A stretch of DNA of 64,000 nucleotides, taken from assembly GCA_964016885.1 (NCBI GenBank), contig OZ024740.1:422158001-422222000 (forward strand), written 5' to 3'. Origin of the DNA: Eledone cirrhosa (lineage: Eukaryota). The translations under genes were made by a program, and so were the position numbers. Shown one piece after another: positions 50,801 to 63,330 of the stretch. The notes beneath the pieces are model-generated. The model did not search any database and was not told where the DNA came from. It was given only the letters and a program-made list of their open reading frames with translations. Every line of letters begins with the position of its first letter. Position 1 is the stretch's first letter.

Positions 50801-53800
50801 GCAGGTTTCTAGTTCAGTGTTGTTTTGTAAGAGTTACTGACCCATTATCTGCCCTAAGGTAGCAGGTTTCTAGTTCAGTGTAGTTTTGTAAGAGTTACTG
50901 TCTCAATATCTGCCCTAAGGTAGCAGGTTTCTAGTTCAGTGTAATTTTGTAAGAGTTACTGCTTCAATATCTGCCCTAAAGTAGCAGGTTTCTACTTCAG
51001 AGTTGTTTTGTAAGAATTACTGTCTCAATATCTGCCCTAAGGTAGCAGGTTTCTAGTTCAGTGTGGTTTTGTAAGAGTTACTGCCTCAATATCTGCCCTA
51101 AGGTAGCAGGTTTCTAGTTCAGTGTTGTTTTGTAAGAGTTACTGACTCATTATCTGCCCTAAGGTAGCAGGTTTCTAGTGCAGTGTAGTTTTGTAAGAGT
51201 TACTGTCTCAATATCTGCCCTAAGGTAGCAGGTTTCTAGTTCAGTGTAATTTTGTAAGAGTTACTGCTTCAATATCTGCCCTAAAGTAGCAGGTTTCTAC
51301 TTCAGAGTTGTTTTGTAAGAATTACTGTCTCAATATCTGCCCTAAGGTAGCAGGTTTCTAGTTCAGTGTGGTTTTGTAAGAGTTACTGTCTCAATATCTG
51401 CCCTGAGACAGCAGGTTTCTAGTTCAGTGTTGTTTTATGAGAGTTACTGCCTCAATATCTGCCCTAAGGTAGCAGGTTTCTAGTTCAGTGTTGTTTTGTA
51501 ACAGTTACTGTCTCAATATCTGCCCTAAGACAGCAGGTTTCTAGTTCAGAGTTGTTTTTTGAGACTTACTGTCCCAATATCTGCCCTAAGGTAGCAGGTT
51601 TCTCGTTCAGTGTTGTTATGTAAGAGTTACTGCATCAATATCTGCCCTAAGGTAGCAGGTTTCTAGTTCAGTGTAATTTTGTAACAGTTACTGCCTCAAT
51701 ATCTGCCCTAAGGTAGAAGGTTTCTAGTTCAATGTAATTTTGTAAGAGTTACTGCCTCAATATCTGCCCTAAGGTAGCAGGTTTCTAGTTCAGTGTAATT
51801 TTGTAAGAGTTACTGTCTCAATATCTGCCCTAAGGTAGCAGGTTTCTAGTTCAGTGTTGTTTTGTAAGAGTTACTGACCCATTATCTGCCCTAAGGTAGC
51901 AGGTTTCTAGTTCAGTGTAGTTTTGTAAGAGTTACTGTCTCAATATCTGCCCTAAGGTAGCAGGTTTCTAGTTCAGTGTAATTTTGTAAGAGTTACTGCT
52001 TCAATATCTGCCCTAAAGTAGCAGGTTTCTACTTCAGAGTTGTTTTGTAAGAATTACTGTCTCAATATCTGCCCTAAGGTAGCAGGTTTCTAGTTCAGTG
52101 TGGTTTTGTAAGAGTTACTGTCTCAATATCTGCCCTGAGACAGAAGGTTTCTAGTTCAGTGTTGTTTTATGAGAGTTACTGCCTCAATATCTGCCCTAAG
52201 GTAGCAGGTTTCTAGTTCAGTGTTGTTTTGTAACAGTTACTGTCTCAATATCTGCCCTAAGGTAGCAGGTTTCTAGTTCAGTGTAATTTTGTAACAGTTA
52301 CTGCCTCAATATCTGCCCTAATGTAGAAGGTTTCTAGTTCAATGTAATTTTGTAAGAGTTACTGCCTCAATATCTGCCCTAAGGTAGCAGGTTTCTAGTT
52401 CAGTGTAATTTTGTAAGAGTTACTGTCTCAATATCTGCCCTAAGGTAGCAGGTTTCTAGTTCAGTGTTGTTTTGTAAGAGTTACTGACACATTATCTGCC
52501 CTAAGGTAGCAGGTTTCTAGTTCAGTGTAGTTTTGTAAGAGTTACTGTCTCAATATCTGCCCTAAGGTAGCAGGTTTCTAGTTCAGTGTAATTTTGTAAG
52601 AGTTACTGCTTCAATATCTGCCCTAAAGTAGCAGGTTTCTACTTCAGAGTTGTTTTGTAAGAATTACTGTCTCAATATCTGCCCTAAGGTAGCAGGTTTC
52701 TAGTTCAGTGTGGTTTTGTAAGAGTTACTGTCTCAATATCTGCCCTGAGACAGCAGGTTTCCCGTTCAGTGTTGTTTTATGAGAGTTACTGCCTCAATAT
52801 CTGCCCTAAGGAAGAAGGTTTCTAGTTCAGTGTTGTTATGTAAGAGTTACTGCATCAATATCTGCCCTAACGTAGCAGGTTTCTACTTCAGTGTTGTTTT
52901 GTAAGAGTTACTGCCTCAATGTCTGCCCTAAGGTAGCAGGTTTCTAGTTCAGTGTAATTTTGTAAGAGTTACTATCTCAATATCTGCCCTAAGGTAGCAG
53001 GTTTCTAGTTCAGTGTAATTTTGTAAGAGTTACTGCCTCAATATCTGCCCTAAGGTAGCAGGTTTCTAGTTCAGTGTTATTTTGTAAGAGTTACTGACTC
53101 ATTATCTGCCCTAAGGTAGCAGGTTTCTAGTTCAGTGTAATTTTGTAAGAGTTACTGTCTCAATATCTGCCCTAAGGTAGCAGGTTTCTAGTTCAGTGTT
53201 GTTTTGTAAGAGTTACTGACTCATTATCTGCCCTAAGGTAGCAGGTTTCTAGTTCAGTGTAGTTTTGTAAGAGTTACTGTCTCAATATCTGCCCTAAGGT
53301 AGCAGGTTTCTAGTTCAGTGTAATTTTGTAAGAGTTACTGCTTCAATATCTGCCCTAAAGTAGCAGGTTTCTACTTCAGAGTTGTTTTGTAAGAATTACT
53401 GTCTCAATATCTGCCCTAAGGTAGCAGGTTTCTAGTTCAGTGTGGTTTTGTAAGAGTTACTGTCTCAATATCTGCCCTGAGACAGAAGGTTTCTAGTTCA
53501 GTGTTGTTTTATGAGACTTACTGTCCCAATATCTGCCCTAAGGTAGCAGGTTTCTAGTTCAGTGTTGTTTTGTAACAGTTACTGTCTCAATATCTGCCCT
53601 AAGACAGCAGGTATCTAGTTCAGTGTTGTTTTTTGAGACTTACTGTCCCAATATCTGCCCTAAGGTAGCAGGTTTCTCGTTCAGTGTTGTTATGTAAGAG
53701 TTACTGCATCAATATCTGCCCTAAGGTAGCAGGTTTCTAGTTCAGTGTAATTTTGTAAGAGTTACTGCCTCAATATCTGCCCTAAGGTAGAAGGTTTCTA

Positions 53801-56014
53801 GTTCAATGTAATTTTGTAAGAGTTACTGCCTCAATATCTGCCCTAAGGTAGCAGGTTTCTAGTTCAGTGTAATTTTGTAAGAGTTACTGTCTCAATATCT
53901 GCCCTAAGGTAGCAGGTTTCTAGTTCAGTGTTGTTTTGTAAGAGTTACTGACCCATTATCTGCCCTAAGGTAGCAGGTTTCTAGTTCAGTGTAGTTCTGT
54001 AAGAGTTACTGTCTCAATATCTGCCCTAAGGTAGCAGGTTTCTAGTTCAGTGTAATTTTGTAAGAGTTACTGCTTCAATATCTGCCCTAAAGTAGCAGGT
54101 TTCTACTTCAGAGTTGTTTTGTAAGAATTACTGTCTCAATATCTGCCCTAAGGTAGCAGGTTTCTAGTTCAGTCTGGTTTTGTAAGAGTTACTGCCTCAA
54201 TATCTGCCCTAAGGTAGCAGGTTTCTAGTTCAGTGTTGTTTTGTAAGAGTTACTGACTCATTATCTGCCCTAAGGTAGCAGGTTTCTAGTTCAGTGTTGT
54301 TTTGTAACAGTTACTGTCTCAATATCTGCCCTAAGGAAGAAGGTTTCTAGTTCAGTGTTGTTATGTAAGAGTTACTGCATCAATATCTGCCCTAACGTAG
54401 CAGGTTTCTACTTCAGTGTTGTTTTGTAAGAGTTACTGCCTCAATGTCTGCCCTAAGGTAGCAGGTTTCTAGTTCAGTGTAATTTTGTAAGAGTTACTAT
54501 CTCAATATCTGCCCTAAGGTAGCAGGTTTCTAGTTCAGTGTTATTTTGTAAGAGTTACTGACTCATTATCTGCCCTAAGGTAGCAGGTTTCTAGTTTAGT
54601 GTTGTTATGTAAGAGTTACTATCTCAATACCTGCCCTAAGGTGGAAGGTTTCTAGTTCAGTGTAATTTTGTAAGAGTTACTGCCTCAATATCTGCCCTAA
54701 GGTAGCAGGTTTCTAGTTCAGTGTTGTTTTGTAAGAGTTACTGACTCATTATCTGCCCTAAGGTAGCAGGTTTCTAGTTCAGTGTAGTTTTGTAAGAGTT
54801 ACTGTCTCAATATCTGCCCTAAGGTAGCAGGTTTCTAGTTCAGTGTAATTTTGTAAGAGTTACTGCTTCAATATCTGCCCTAAAGTAGCAGGTTTCTACT
54901 TCAGAGTTGTTTTGTAAGAATTACTGTCTCAATATCTGCCCTAAGGTAGCAGGTTTCTAGTTCAGTGTGGTTTTGTAAGAGTTACTGTCTCAATATCTGC
55001 CCTGAGACAGCAGGTTTCTAGTTCAGTGTTGTTTTATGAGAGTTACTGCCTCAATATCTGCCCTAAGGTAGCAGGTTTCTAGTTCAGTGTTGTTTTGTAA
55101 CAGTTACTGTCTCAATATCTGCCCTAAGACAGCAGGTTTCTAGTTCAGTGTTTTTTTTTGAGACTTACTGTCCCAATATCTGCCCTAAGGTAGCAGGTTT
55201 CTCGTTCAGTGTTGTTATGTAAGAGTTACTGCATCAATATCTGCCCTAAGGTAGCAGGTTTCTAGTTCAGTGTAATTTTGTAACAGTTACTGCCTCAATA
55301 TCTGCCCTAAAGTAGAAGGTTTCTAGTTCAATGTAATTTTGTAAGAGTTACTGCCTCAATATCTGCCCTAAGGTAGCAGGTTTCTAGTTCAGTGTAATTT
55401 TGTAAGAGTTACTGTCTCAATATCTGCCCTAAGGTAGCAGGTTTCTAGTTCAGTGTTGTTTTGTAAGAGTTACTGACCCATTATCTGCCCTAAGGTAGCA
55501 GGTTTCTAGTTCAGTGTAGTTTTGTAAGAGTTACTGTCTCAATATCTGCCCTAAGGTAGCAGGTTTCTAGTTCAGTGTAATTTTGTAAGAGTTACTGCTT
55601 CAATATCTGCCCTAAAGTAGCAGGTTTCTACTTCAGAGTTGTTTTGTAAGAATTACTGTCTCAATATCTGCCCTAAGGTAGCAGGTTTCTAGTTCAGTGT
55701 GGTTTTGTAAGAGTTACTGTCTCAATATCTGCCCTGAGACAGCAGGTTTCCAGTTCAGTGTTGTTTTATGAGAGTTACTGCCTCAATATCTGCCCTAAGG
55801 AAGAAGGTTTCTAGTTCAGTGTTGTTATGTAAGAGTTACTGCATCAATATCTGCCCTAACGTAGCAGGTTTCTACTTCAGTGTTGTTTTGTAAGAGTTAC
55901 TGCCTCAATGTCTGCCCTAAGGTAGCAGGTTTCTAGTTCAGTGTAATTTTGTAAGAGTTACTATCTCAATATCTGCCCTAAGGTAGCAGGTTTCTAGTTC
56001 AGTGTAATTTTGTA

Positions 56015-56059
56015 AGAGTTACTGCCTCAATATCTGCCCTAATTCAGTGTTGTTTTGTA
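56015..56059. repeat. Truncated 45-bp monomer (16-bp deletion)
   Basis: CCCTAA joins TTCAGTG at 56042/56043, so GGTAGCAGGTTTCTA(C/G) is missing. The paralogous monomer at about 58805-58865 is intact. Confidence 0.92.
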
Positions 56060-57165
56060 AGAGTTACTGCATCAATATCTGCCCTAAGACAGCAGGTTTC
56101 TAGTTCAGTGTTGTTTTATGAGAGTTACTGTCCCAATATCTGCCCTAAGGTAGCAGGTTTCTAGTTCAGTGTTGTTTTGTAACAGTTACTGTCTCAATAT
56201 CTGCCCTAAGACAGCAGGTTTCTAGTTTAGTGTTGTTTTTTGAGACTTACTGTCCCAATATCTGCCCTAAGGTAGCAGGTTTCTCGTTCAGTGTTGTTAT
56301 GTAAGAGTTACTGCATCAATATCTGCCCTAAGGTAGCAGGTTTCTAGTTCAGTGTAATTTTGTAACAGTTACTGCCTGAATATCTGCCCTAAGGTAGAAG
56401 GTTTCTAGTTCAATGTAATTTTGTAAGAGTTACTGCCTCAATATCTGCCCTAAGGTAGCAGGTTTCTAGTTCAGTGTTGTTTTGTAAGAGTTACTGACCC
56501 ATTATCTGCCCTAAGGTAGCAGGTTTCTAGTTCAGTGTAGTTTTGTAAGAGTTACTGTCTCAATATCTGCCCTAAGGTAGCAGGTTTCTAGTTCAGTGTA
56601 ATTTTGTAAGAGTTACTGCTTCAATATCTGCCCTAAAGTAGCAGGTTTCTACTTCAGAGTTGTTTTCTAAGAATTACTGTCTCAATATCTGCCCTAAGGT
56701 AGCAGGTTTCTAGTTCAGTGTGGTTTTGTAAGAGTTACTGCCTCAATATCTGCCCTAAGGTAGCAGGTTTCTAGTTCAGTGTTGTTTTGTAAGAGTTACT
56801 GACTCATTATCTGCCCTAAGGTAGCAGGTTTCTAGTTCAGTGTAGTTTTGTAAGAGTTACTGTCTCAATATCTGCCCTAAGGTAGCAGGTTTCTAGTTCA
56901 GTGTAATTTTGTAAGAGTTACTGCTTCAATATCTGCCCTAAAGTAGCAGGTTTCTACTTCAGAGTTGTTTTGTAAGAATTACTGTCTCAATATCTGCCCT
57001 AAGGTAGCAGGTTTCTAGTTCAGTGTGGTTTTGTAAGAGTTACTGTCTCAATATCTGCCCTGAGACAGCAGGTTTCCAGTTCAGTGTTGTTTTATGAGAG
57101 TTACTGCCTCAATATCTGCCCTAAGGAAGAAGGTTTCTAGTTCAGTGTTGTTATGTAAGAGTTAC

Positions 57166-60100
57166 TGCATCAATATCTGCCCTAACGTAGCAGGTTTCTA
57201 CTTCAGTGTTGTTTTGTAAGAGTTACTGCCTCAATGTCTGCCCTAAGGTAGCAGGTTTCTAGTTCAGTGTAATTTTGTAAGAGTTACTATCTCAATATCT
57301 GCCCTAAGGTAGCAGGTTTCTAGTTCAGTGTTATTTTGTAAGAGTTACTGACTCATTATCTGCCCTAAGGTAGCAGGTTTCTAGTTTAGTGTTGTTATGT
57401 AAGAGTTACTATCTCAATACCTGCCCTAAGGTGGAAGGTTTCTAGTTCAGTGTAATTTTGTAAGAGTTACTGCCTCAATATCTGCCCTAAGGTAGCAGGT
57501 TTCTAGTTCAGTGTTGTTTTGTAAGAGTTACTGACTCATTATCTGCCCTAAGGTAGCAGGTTTCTAGTTCAGTGTAGTTTTGTAAGAGTTACTGTCTCAA
57601 TATCTGCCCTAAGGTAGCAGGTTTCTAGTTCAGTGTAATTTTGTAAGAGTTACTGCTTCAATATCTGCCCTAAAGTAGCAGGTTTCTACTTCAGAGTTGT
57701 TTTGTAAGAATTACTGTCTCAATATCTGCCCTAAGGTAGCAGGTTTCTAGTTCAGTGTGGTTTTGTAAGAGTTACTGTCTCAATATCTGCCCTGAGACAG
57801 CAGGTTTCTAGTTCAGTGTTGTTTTATGAGAGTTACTGCCTCAATATCTGCCCTAAGGTAGCAGGTTTCTAGTTCAGTGTTGTTTTGTAACAGTTACTGT
57901 CTCAATATCTGCCCTAAGACAGCAGGTTTCTAGTTCAGTGTTTTTTTTTGAGACTTACTGTCCCAATATCTGCCCTAAGGTAGCAGGTTTCTCGTTCAGT
58001 GTTGTTATGTAAGAGTTACTGCATCAATATCTGCCCTAAGGTAGCAGGTTTCTAGTTCAGTGTAATTTTGTAACAGTTACTGCCTCAATATCTGCCCTAA
58101 GGTAGAAGGTTTCTAGTTCAATGTAATTTTGTAAGAGTTACTGCCTCAATATCTGCCCTAAGGTAGCAGGTTTCTAGTTCAGTGTAATTTTGTAAGAGTT
58201 ACTGTCTCAATATCTGCCCTAAGGTAGCAGGTTTCTAGTTCAGTGTTGTTTTGTAAGAGTTACTGACCCATTATCTGCCCTAAGGTAGCAGGTTTCTAGT
58301 TCAGTGTAGTTTTGTAAGAGTTACTGTCTCAATATCTGCCCTAAGGTAGCAGGTTTCTAGTTCAGTGTAATTTTGTAAGAGTTACTGCTTCAATATCTGC
58401 CCTAAAGTAGCAGGTTTCTACTTCAGAGTTGTTTTGTAAGAATTACTGTCTCAATATCTGCCCTAAGGTAGCAGGTTTCTAGTTCAGTGTGGTTTTGTAA
58501 GAGTTACTGTCTCAATATCTGCCCTGAGACAGCAGGTTTCCAGTTCAGTGTTGTTTTATGAGAGTTACTGCCTCAATATCTGCCCTAAGGAAGAAGGTTT
58601 CTAGTTCAGTGTTGTTATGTAAGAGTTACTGCATCAATATCTGCCCTAACGTAGCAGGTTTCTACTTCAGTGTTGTTTTGTAAGAGTTACTGCCTCAATG
58701 TCTGCCCTAAGGTAGCAGGTTTCTAGTTCAGTGTAATTTTGTAAGAGTTACTATCTCAATATCTGCCCTAAGGTAGCAGGTTTCTAGTTCAGTGTAATTT
58801 TGTAAGAGTTACTGCCTCAATATCTGCCCTAAGGTAGCAGGTTTCTACTTCAGTGTTGTTTTGTAAGAGTTACTGCATCAATATCTGCCCTAAGACAGCA
58901 GGTTTCTAGTTCAGTGTTGTTTTATGAGAGTTACTGTCTCAATATCTGCCCTAAGGTAGCAGGTTTCGCGTTCAGTGTAATTTTGTAAGAGTTACTGCAT
59001 CAATATCTGCACTAAGGTAGCAGGTTTCTAGTTCAGTGTTGTTTTGTAAGAGTTACTGCCTCAATATCTGCCCTAAGGTAGCAGGTTTCTAGTTCAGTGT
59101 AATTTTGTAAGAGTTACTGCCTCAATATCTGCCCTAACGTAGCAGTTTTCTAGTTCAGTGTTGTTTTGTAAGAGTTACTGCCTCAATATCTGCCCTAACG
59201 TAGCAGGTTTCTAGTTCAGTGTTGTTTTGTAAGAGTTACTGCCTCAATATTTGCCATAAGGTAGCAGGTTTCTAGTTCACTGTTGTTTTGTAAGAGTTAT
59301 TGTCCCAATATCTGCCCTAAGACAGCAGGTTTCTAGTTCAGTGTTGTTATGTAAGAGTTATTGCATCAATATCTGCCCTAACGTAGCAGGTTTCTACTTC
59401 AGTGTTGTTTTGTAAGAGTTACTGCCTCAATGTCTGCCCTAAGGTAGCAGGTTTCTAGTTCAGTGTAATTTTGTAAGAGTTACTATCTCAATATCTGCCC
59501 TAAGGTAGCAGGTTTCTAGTTCAGTGTTATTTTGTAAGAGTTACTGACTCATTATCTGCCCTAAGGTAGCAGGTTTCTAGTTTAGTGTTGTTATGTAAGA
59601 GTTACTATCTCAATACCTGCCCTAAGGTGGAAGGTTTCTAGTTCAGTGTAATTTTGTAAGAGTTACTGCCTCAATATCTGCCCTAAGGTAGCAGGTTTCT
59701 AGTTCAGTGTTGTTTTGTAAGAGTTACTGACTCATTATCTGCCCTAAGGTAGCAGGTTTCTAGTTCAGTGTAGTTTTGTAAGAGTTACTGTCTCAATATC
59801 TGCCCTAAGGTAGCAGGTTTCTAGTTCAGTGTAATTTTGTAAGAGTTACTGCTTCAATATCTGCCCTAAAGTAGCAGGTTTCTACTTCAGAGTTGTTTTG
59901 TAAGAATTACTGTCTCAATATCTGCCCTAAGGTAGCAGGTTTCTAGTTCAGTGTGGTTTTGTAAGAGTTACTGTCTCAATATCTGCCCTGAGACAGCAGG
60001 TTTCTAGTTCAGTGTTGTTTTATGAGAGTTACTGCCTCAATATCTGCCCTAAGGTAGCAGGTTTCTAGTTCAGTGTTGTTTTGTAACAGTTACTGTCTCA

Positions 60101-63100
60101 ATATCTGCCCTAAGACAGCAGGTTTCTAGTTCAGTGTTTTTTTTTGAGACTTACTGTCCCAATATCTGCCCTAAGGTAGCAGGTTTCTCGTTCAGTGTTG
60201 TTATGTAAGAGTTACTGCATCAATATCTGCCCTAAGGTAGCAGGTTTCTAGTTCAGTGTAATTTTGTAACAGTTACTGCCTCAATATCTGCCCTAAGGTA
60301 GAAGGTTTCTAGTTCAATGTAATTTTGTAAGAGTTACTGCCTCAATATCTGCCCTAAGGTAGCAGGTTTCTAGTTCAGTGTAATTTTGTAAGAGTTACTG
60401 TCTCAATATCTGCCCTAAGGTAGCAGGTTTCTAGTTCAGTGTTGTTTTGTAAGAGTTACTGACCCATTATCTGCCCTAAGGTAGCAGGTTTCTAGTTCAG
60501 TGTAGTTTTGTAAGAGTTACTGTCTCAATATCTGCCCTAAGGTAGCAGGTTTCTAGTTCAGTGTAATTTTGTAAGAGTTACTGCTTCAATATCTGCCCTA
60601 AAGTAGCAGGTTTCTACTTCAGAGTTGTTTTGTAAGAATTACTGTCTCAATATCTGCCCTAAGGTAGCAGGTTTCTAGTTCAGTGTGGTTTTGTAAGAGT
60701 TGCTGTCTCAATATCGGCCCTGAGACAGCAGGTTTCCAGTTCAGTGTTGTTTTATGAGAGTTACTGCCTCAATATCTGCCCTAAGGAAGAAGGTTTCTAG
60801 TTCAGTGTTGTTATGTAAGAGTTACTGCATCAATATCTGCCCTAACGTAGCAGGTTTCTACTTCAGTGTTGTTTTGTAAGAGTTACTGCCTCAATGTCTG
60901 CCCTAAGGTAGCAGGTTTCTAGTTCAGTGTAATTTTGTAAGAGTTACTATCTCAATATCTGCCCTAAGGTAGCAGGTTTCTAGTTCAGTGTAATTTTGTA
61001 AGAGTTACTGCCTCAATATCTGCCCTAAGGTAGCAGGTTTCTACTTCAGTGTTGTTTTGTAAGAGTTACTGCATCAATATCTGCCCTAAGACAGCAGGTT
61101 TCTAGTTCAGTGTTGTTTTATGAGAGTTACTGTCTCAATATCTGCCCTAAGGTAGCAGGTTTCGCGTTCAGTGTAATTTTGTAAGAGTTACTGCATCAAT
61201 ATCTGCACTAAGGTAGCAGGTTTCTAGTTCAGTGTTGTTTTGTAAGAGTTACTGCCTCAATATCTGCCCTAAGGTAGCAGGTTTCTAGTTCAGTGTAATT
61301 TTGTAAGAGTTACTGCCTCAATATCTGCCCTAACGTAGCAGTTTTCTAGTTCAGTGTTGTTTTGTAAGAGTTACTGCCTCAATATCTGCCCTAACGTAGC
61401 AGGTTTCTAGTTCAGTGTTGTTTTGTAAGAGTTACTGCCTCAATATTTGCCATAAGGTAGCAGGTTTCTAGTTCACTGTTGTTTTGTAAGAGTTATTGTC
61501 CCAATATCTGCCCTAAGACAGCAGGTTTCTAGTTCAGTGTTGTTATGTAAGAGTTATTGCATCAATATCTGCCCTAACGTAGCAGGTTTCTACTTCAGTG
61601 TTGTTTTGTAAGAGTTACTGCCTCAATGTCTGCCCTAAGGTAGCAGGTTTCTAGTTCAGTGTAATTTTGTAAGAGTTACTATCTCAATATCTGCCCTAAG
61701 GTAGCAGGTTTCTAGTTCAGTGTTATTTTGTAAGAGTTACTGACTCATTATCTGCCCTAAGGTAGCAGGTTTCTAGTTTAGTGTTGTTATGTAAGAGTTA
61801 CTATCTCAATACCTGCCCTAAGGTGGAAGGTTTCTAGTTCAGTGTAATTTTGTAAGAGTTACTGCCTCAATATCTGCCCTAAGGTAGCAGGTTTCTAGTT
61901 CAGTGTTGTTTTGTAAGAGTTACTGACTCATTATCTGCCCTAAGGTAGCAGGTTTCTAGTTCAGTGTAGTTTTGTAAGAGTTACTGTCTCAATATCTGCC
62001 CTAAGGTAGCAGGTTTCTAGTTCAGTGTAATTTTGTAAGAGTTACTGCTTCAATATCTGCCCTAAAGTAGCAGGTTTCTACTTCAGAGTTGTTTTGTAAG
62101 AATTACTGTCTCAATATCTGCCCTAAGGTAGCAGGTTTCTAGTTCAGTGTGGTTTTGTAAGAGTTACTGTCTCAATATCTGCCCTGAGACAGCAGGTTTC
62201 TAGTTCAGTGTTGTTTTATGAGAGTTACTGCCTCAATATCTGCCCTAAGGTAGCAGGTTTCTAGTTCAGTGTTGTTTTGTAACAGTTACTGTCTCAATAT
62301 CTGCCCTAAGACAGCAGGTTTCTAGTTCAGTGTTTTTTTTTGAGACTTACTGTCCCAATATCTGCCCTAAGGTAGCAGGTTTCTCGTTCAGTGTTGTTAT
62401 GTAAGAGTTACTGCATCAATATCTGCCCTAAGGTAGCAGGTTTCTAGTTCAGTGTAATTTTGTAACAGTTACTGCCTCAATATCTGCCCTAAGGTAGAAG
62501 GTTTCTAGTTCAATGTAATTTTGTAAGAGTTACTGCCTCAATATCTGCCCTAAGGTAGCAGGTTTCTAGTTCAGTGTAATTTTGTAAGAGTTACTGTCTC
62601 AATATCTGCCCTAAGGTAGCAGGTTTCTAGTTCAGTGTTGTTTTGTAAGAGTTACTGACCCATTATCTGCCCTAAGGTAGCAGGTTTCTAGTTCAGTGTA
62701 GTTTTGTAAGAGTTACTGTCTCAATATCTGCCCTAAGGTAGCAGGTTTCTAGTTCAGTGTAATTTTGTAAGAGTTACTGCTTCAATATCTGCCCTAAAGT
62801 AGCAGGTTTCTACTTCAGAGTTGTTTTGTAAGAATTACTGTCTCAATATCTGCCCTAAGGTAGCAGGTTTCTAGTTCAGTGTGGTTTTGTAAGAGTTGCT
62901 GTCTCAATATCTGCCCTGAGACAGCAGGTTTCCAGTTCAGTGTTGTTTTATGAGAGTTACTGCCTCAATATCTGCCCTAAGGAAGAAGGTTTCTAGTTCA
63001 GTGTTGTTATGTAAGAGTTACTGCATCAATATCTGCCCTAACGTAGCAGGTTTCTACTTCAGTGTTGTTTTGTAAGAGTTACTGCCTCAATGTCTGCCCT

Positions 63101-63330
63101 AAGGTAGCAGGTTTCTAGTTCAGTGTAATTTTGTAAGAGTTACTATCTCAATATCTGCCCTAAGGTAGCAGGTTTCTAGTTCAGTGTAATTTTGTAAGAG
63201 TTACTGCCTCAATATCTGCCCTAAGGTAGCAGGTTTCTACTTCAGTGTTGTTTTGTAAGAGTTACTGCATCAATATCTGCCCTAAGACAGCAGGTTTCTA
63301 GTTCAGTGTTGTTTTATGAGAGTTACTGTC
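57166..63330. repeat. 36-monomer (2,196-bp) higher-order repeat, about 2.8 copies
   Basis: T9 tract at 57941/60137/62333, CGCG at 58967/61163, AGCAGTTTTC at 59141/61337, TGCTGTCT at 60701/62897. All offsets are 2196 = 36x61. Confidence 0.9.

Noticed and set aside
55151-55159. T9 tracts as terminators or homopolymer errors
   Set aside because: They come from a G>T substitution in GTTGTTTTTTG, keep the monomer length and recur at HOR-equivalent positions.
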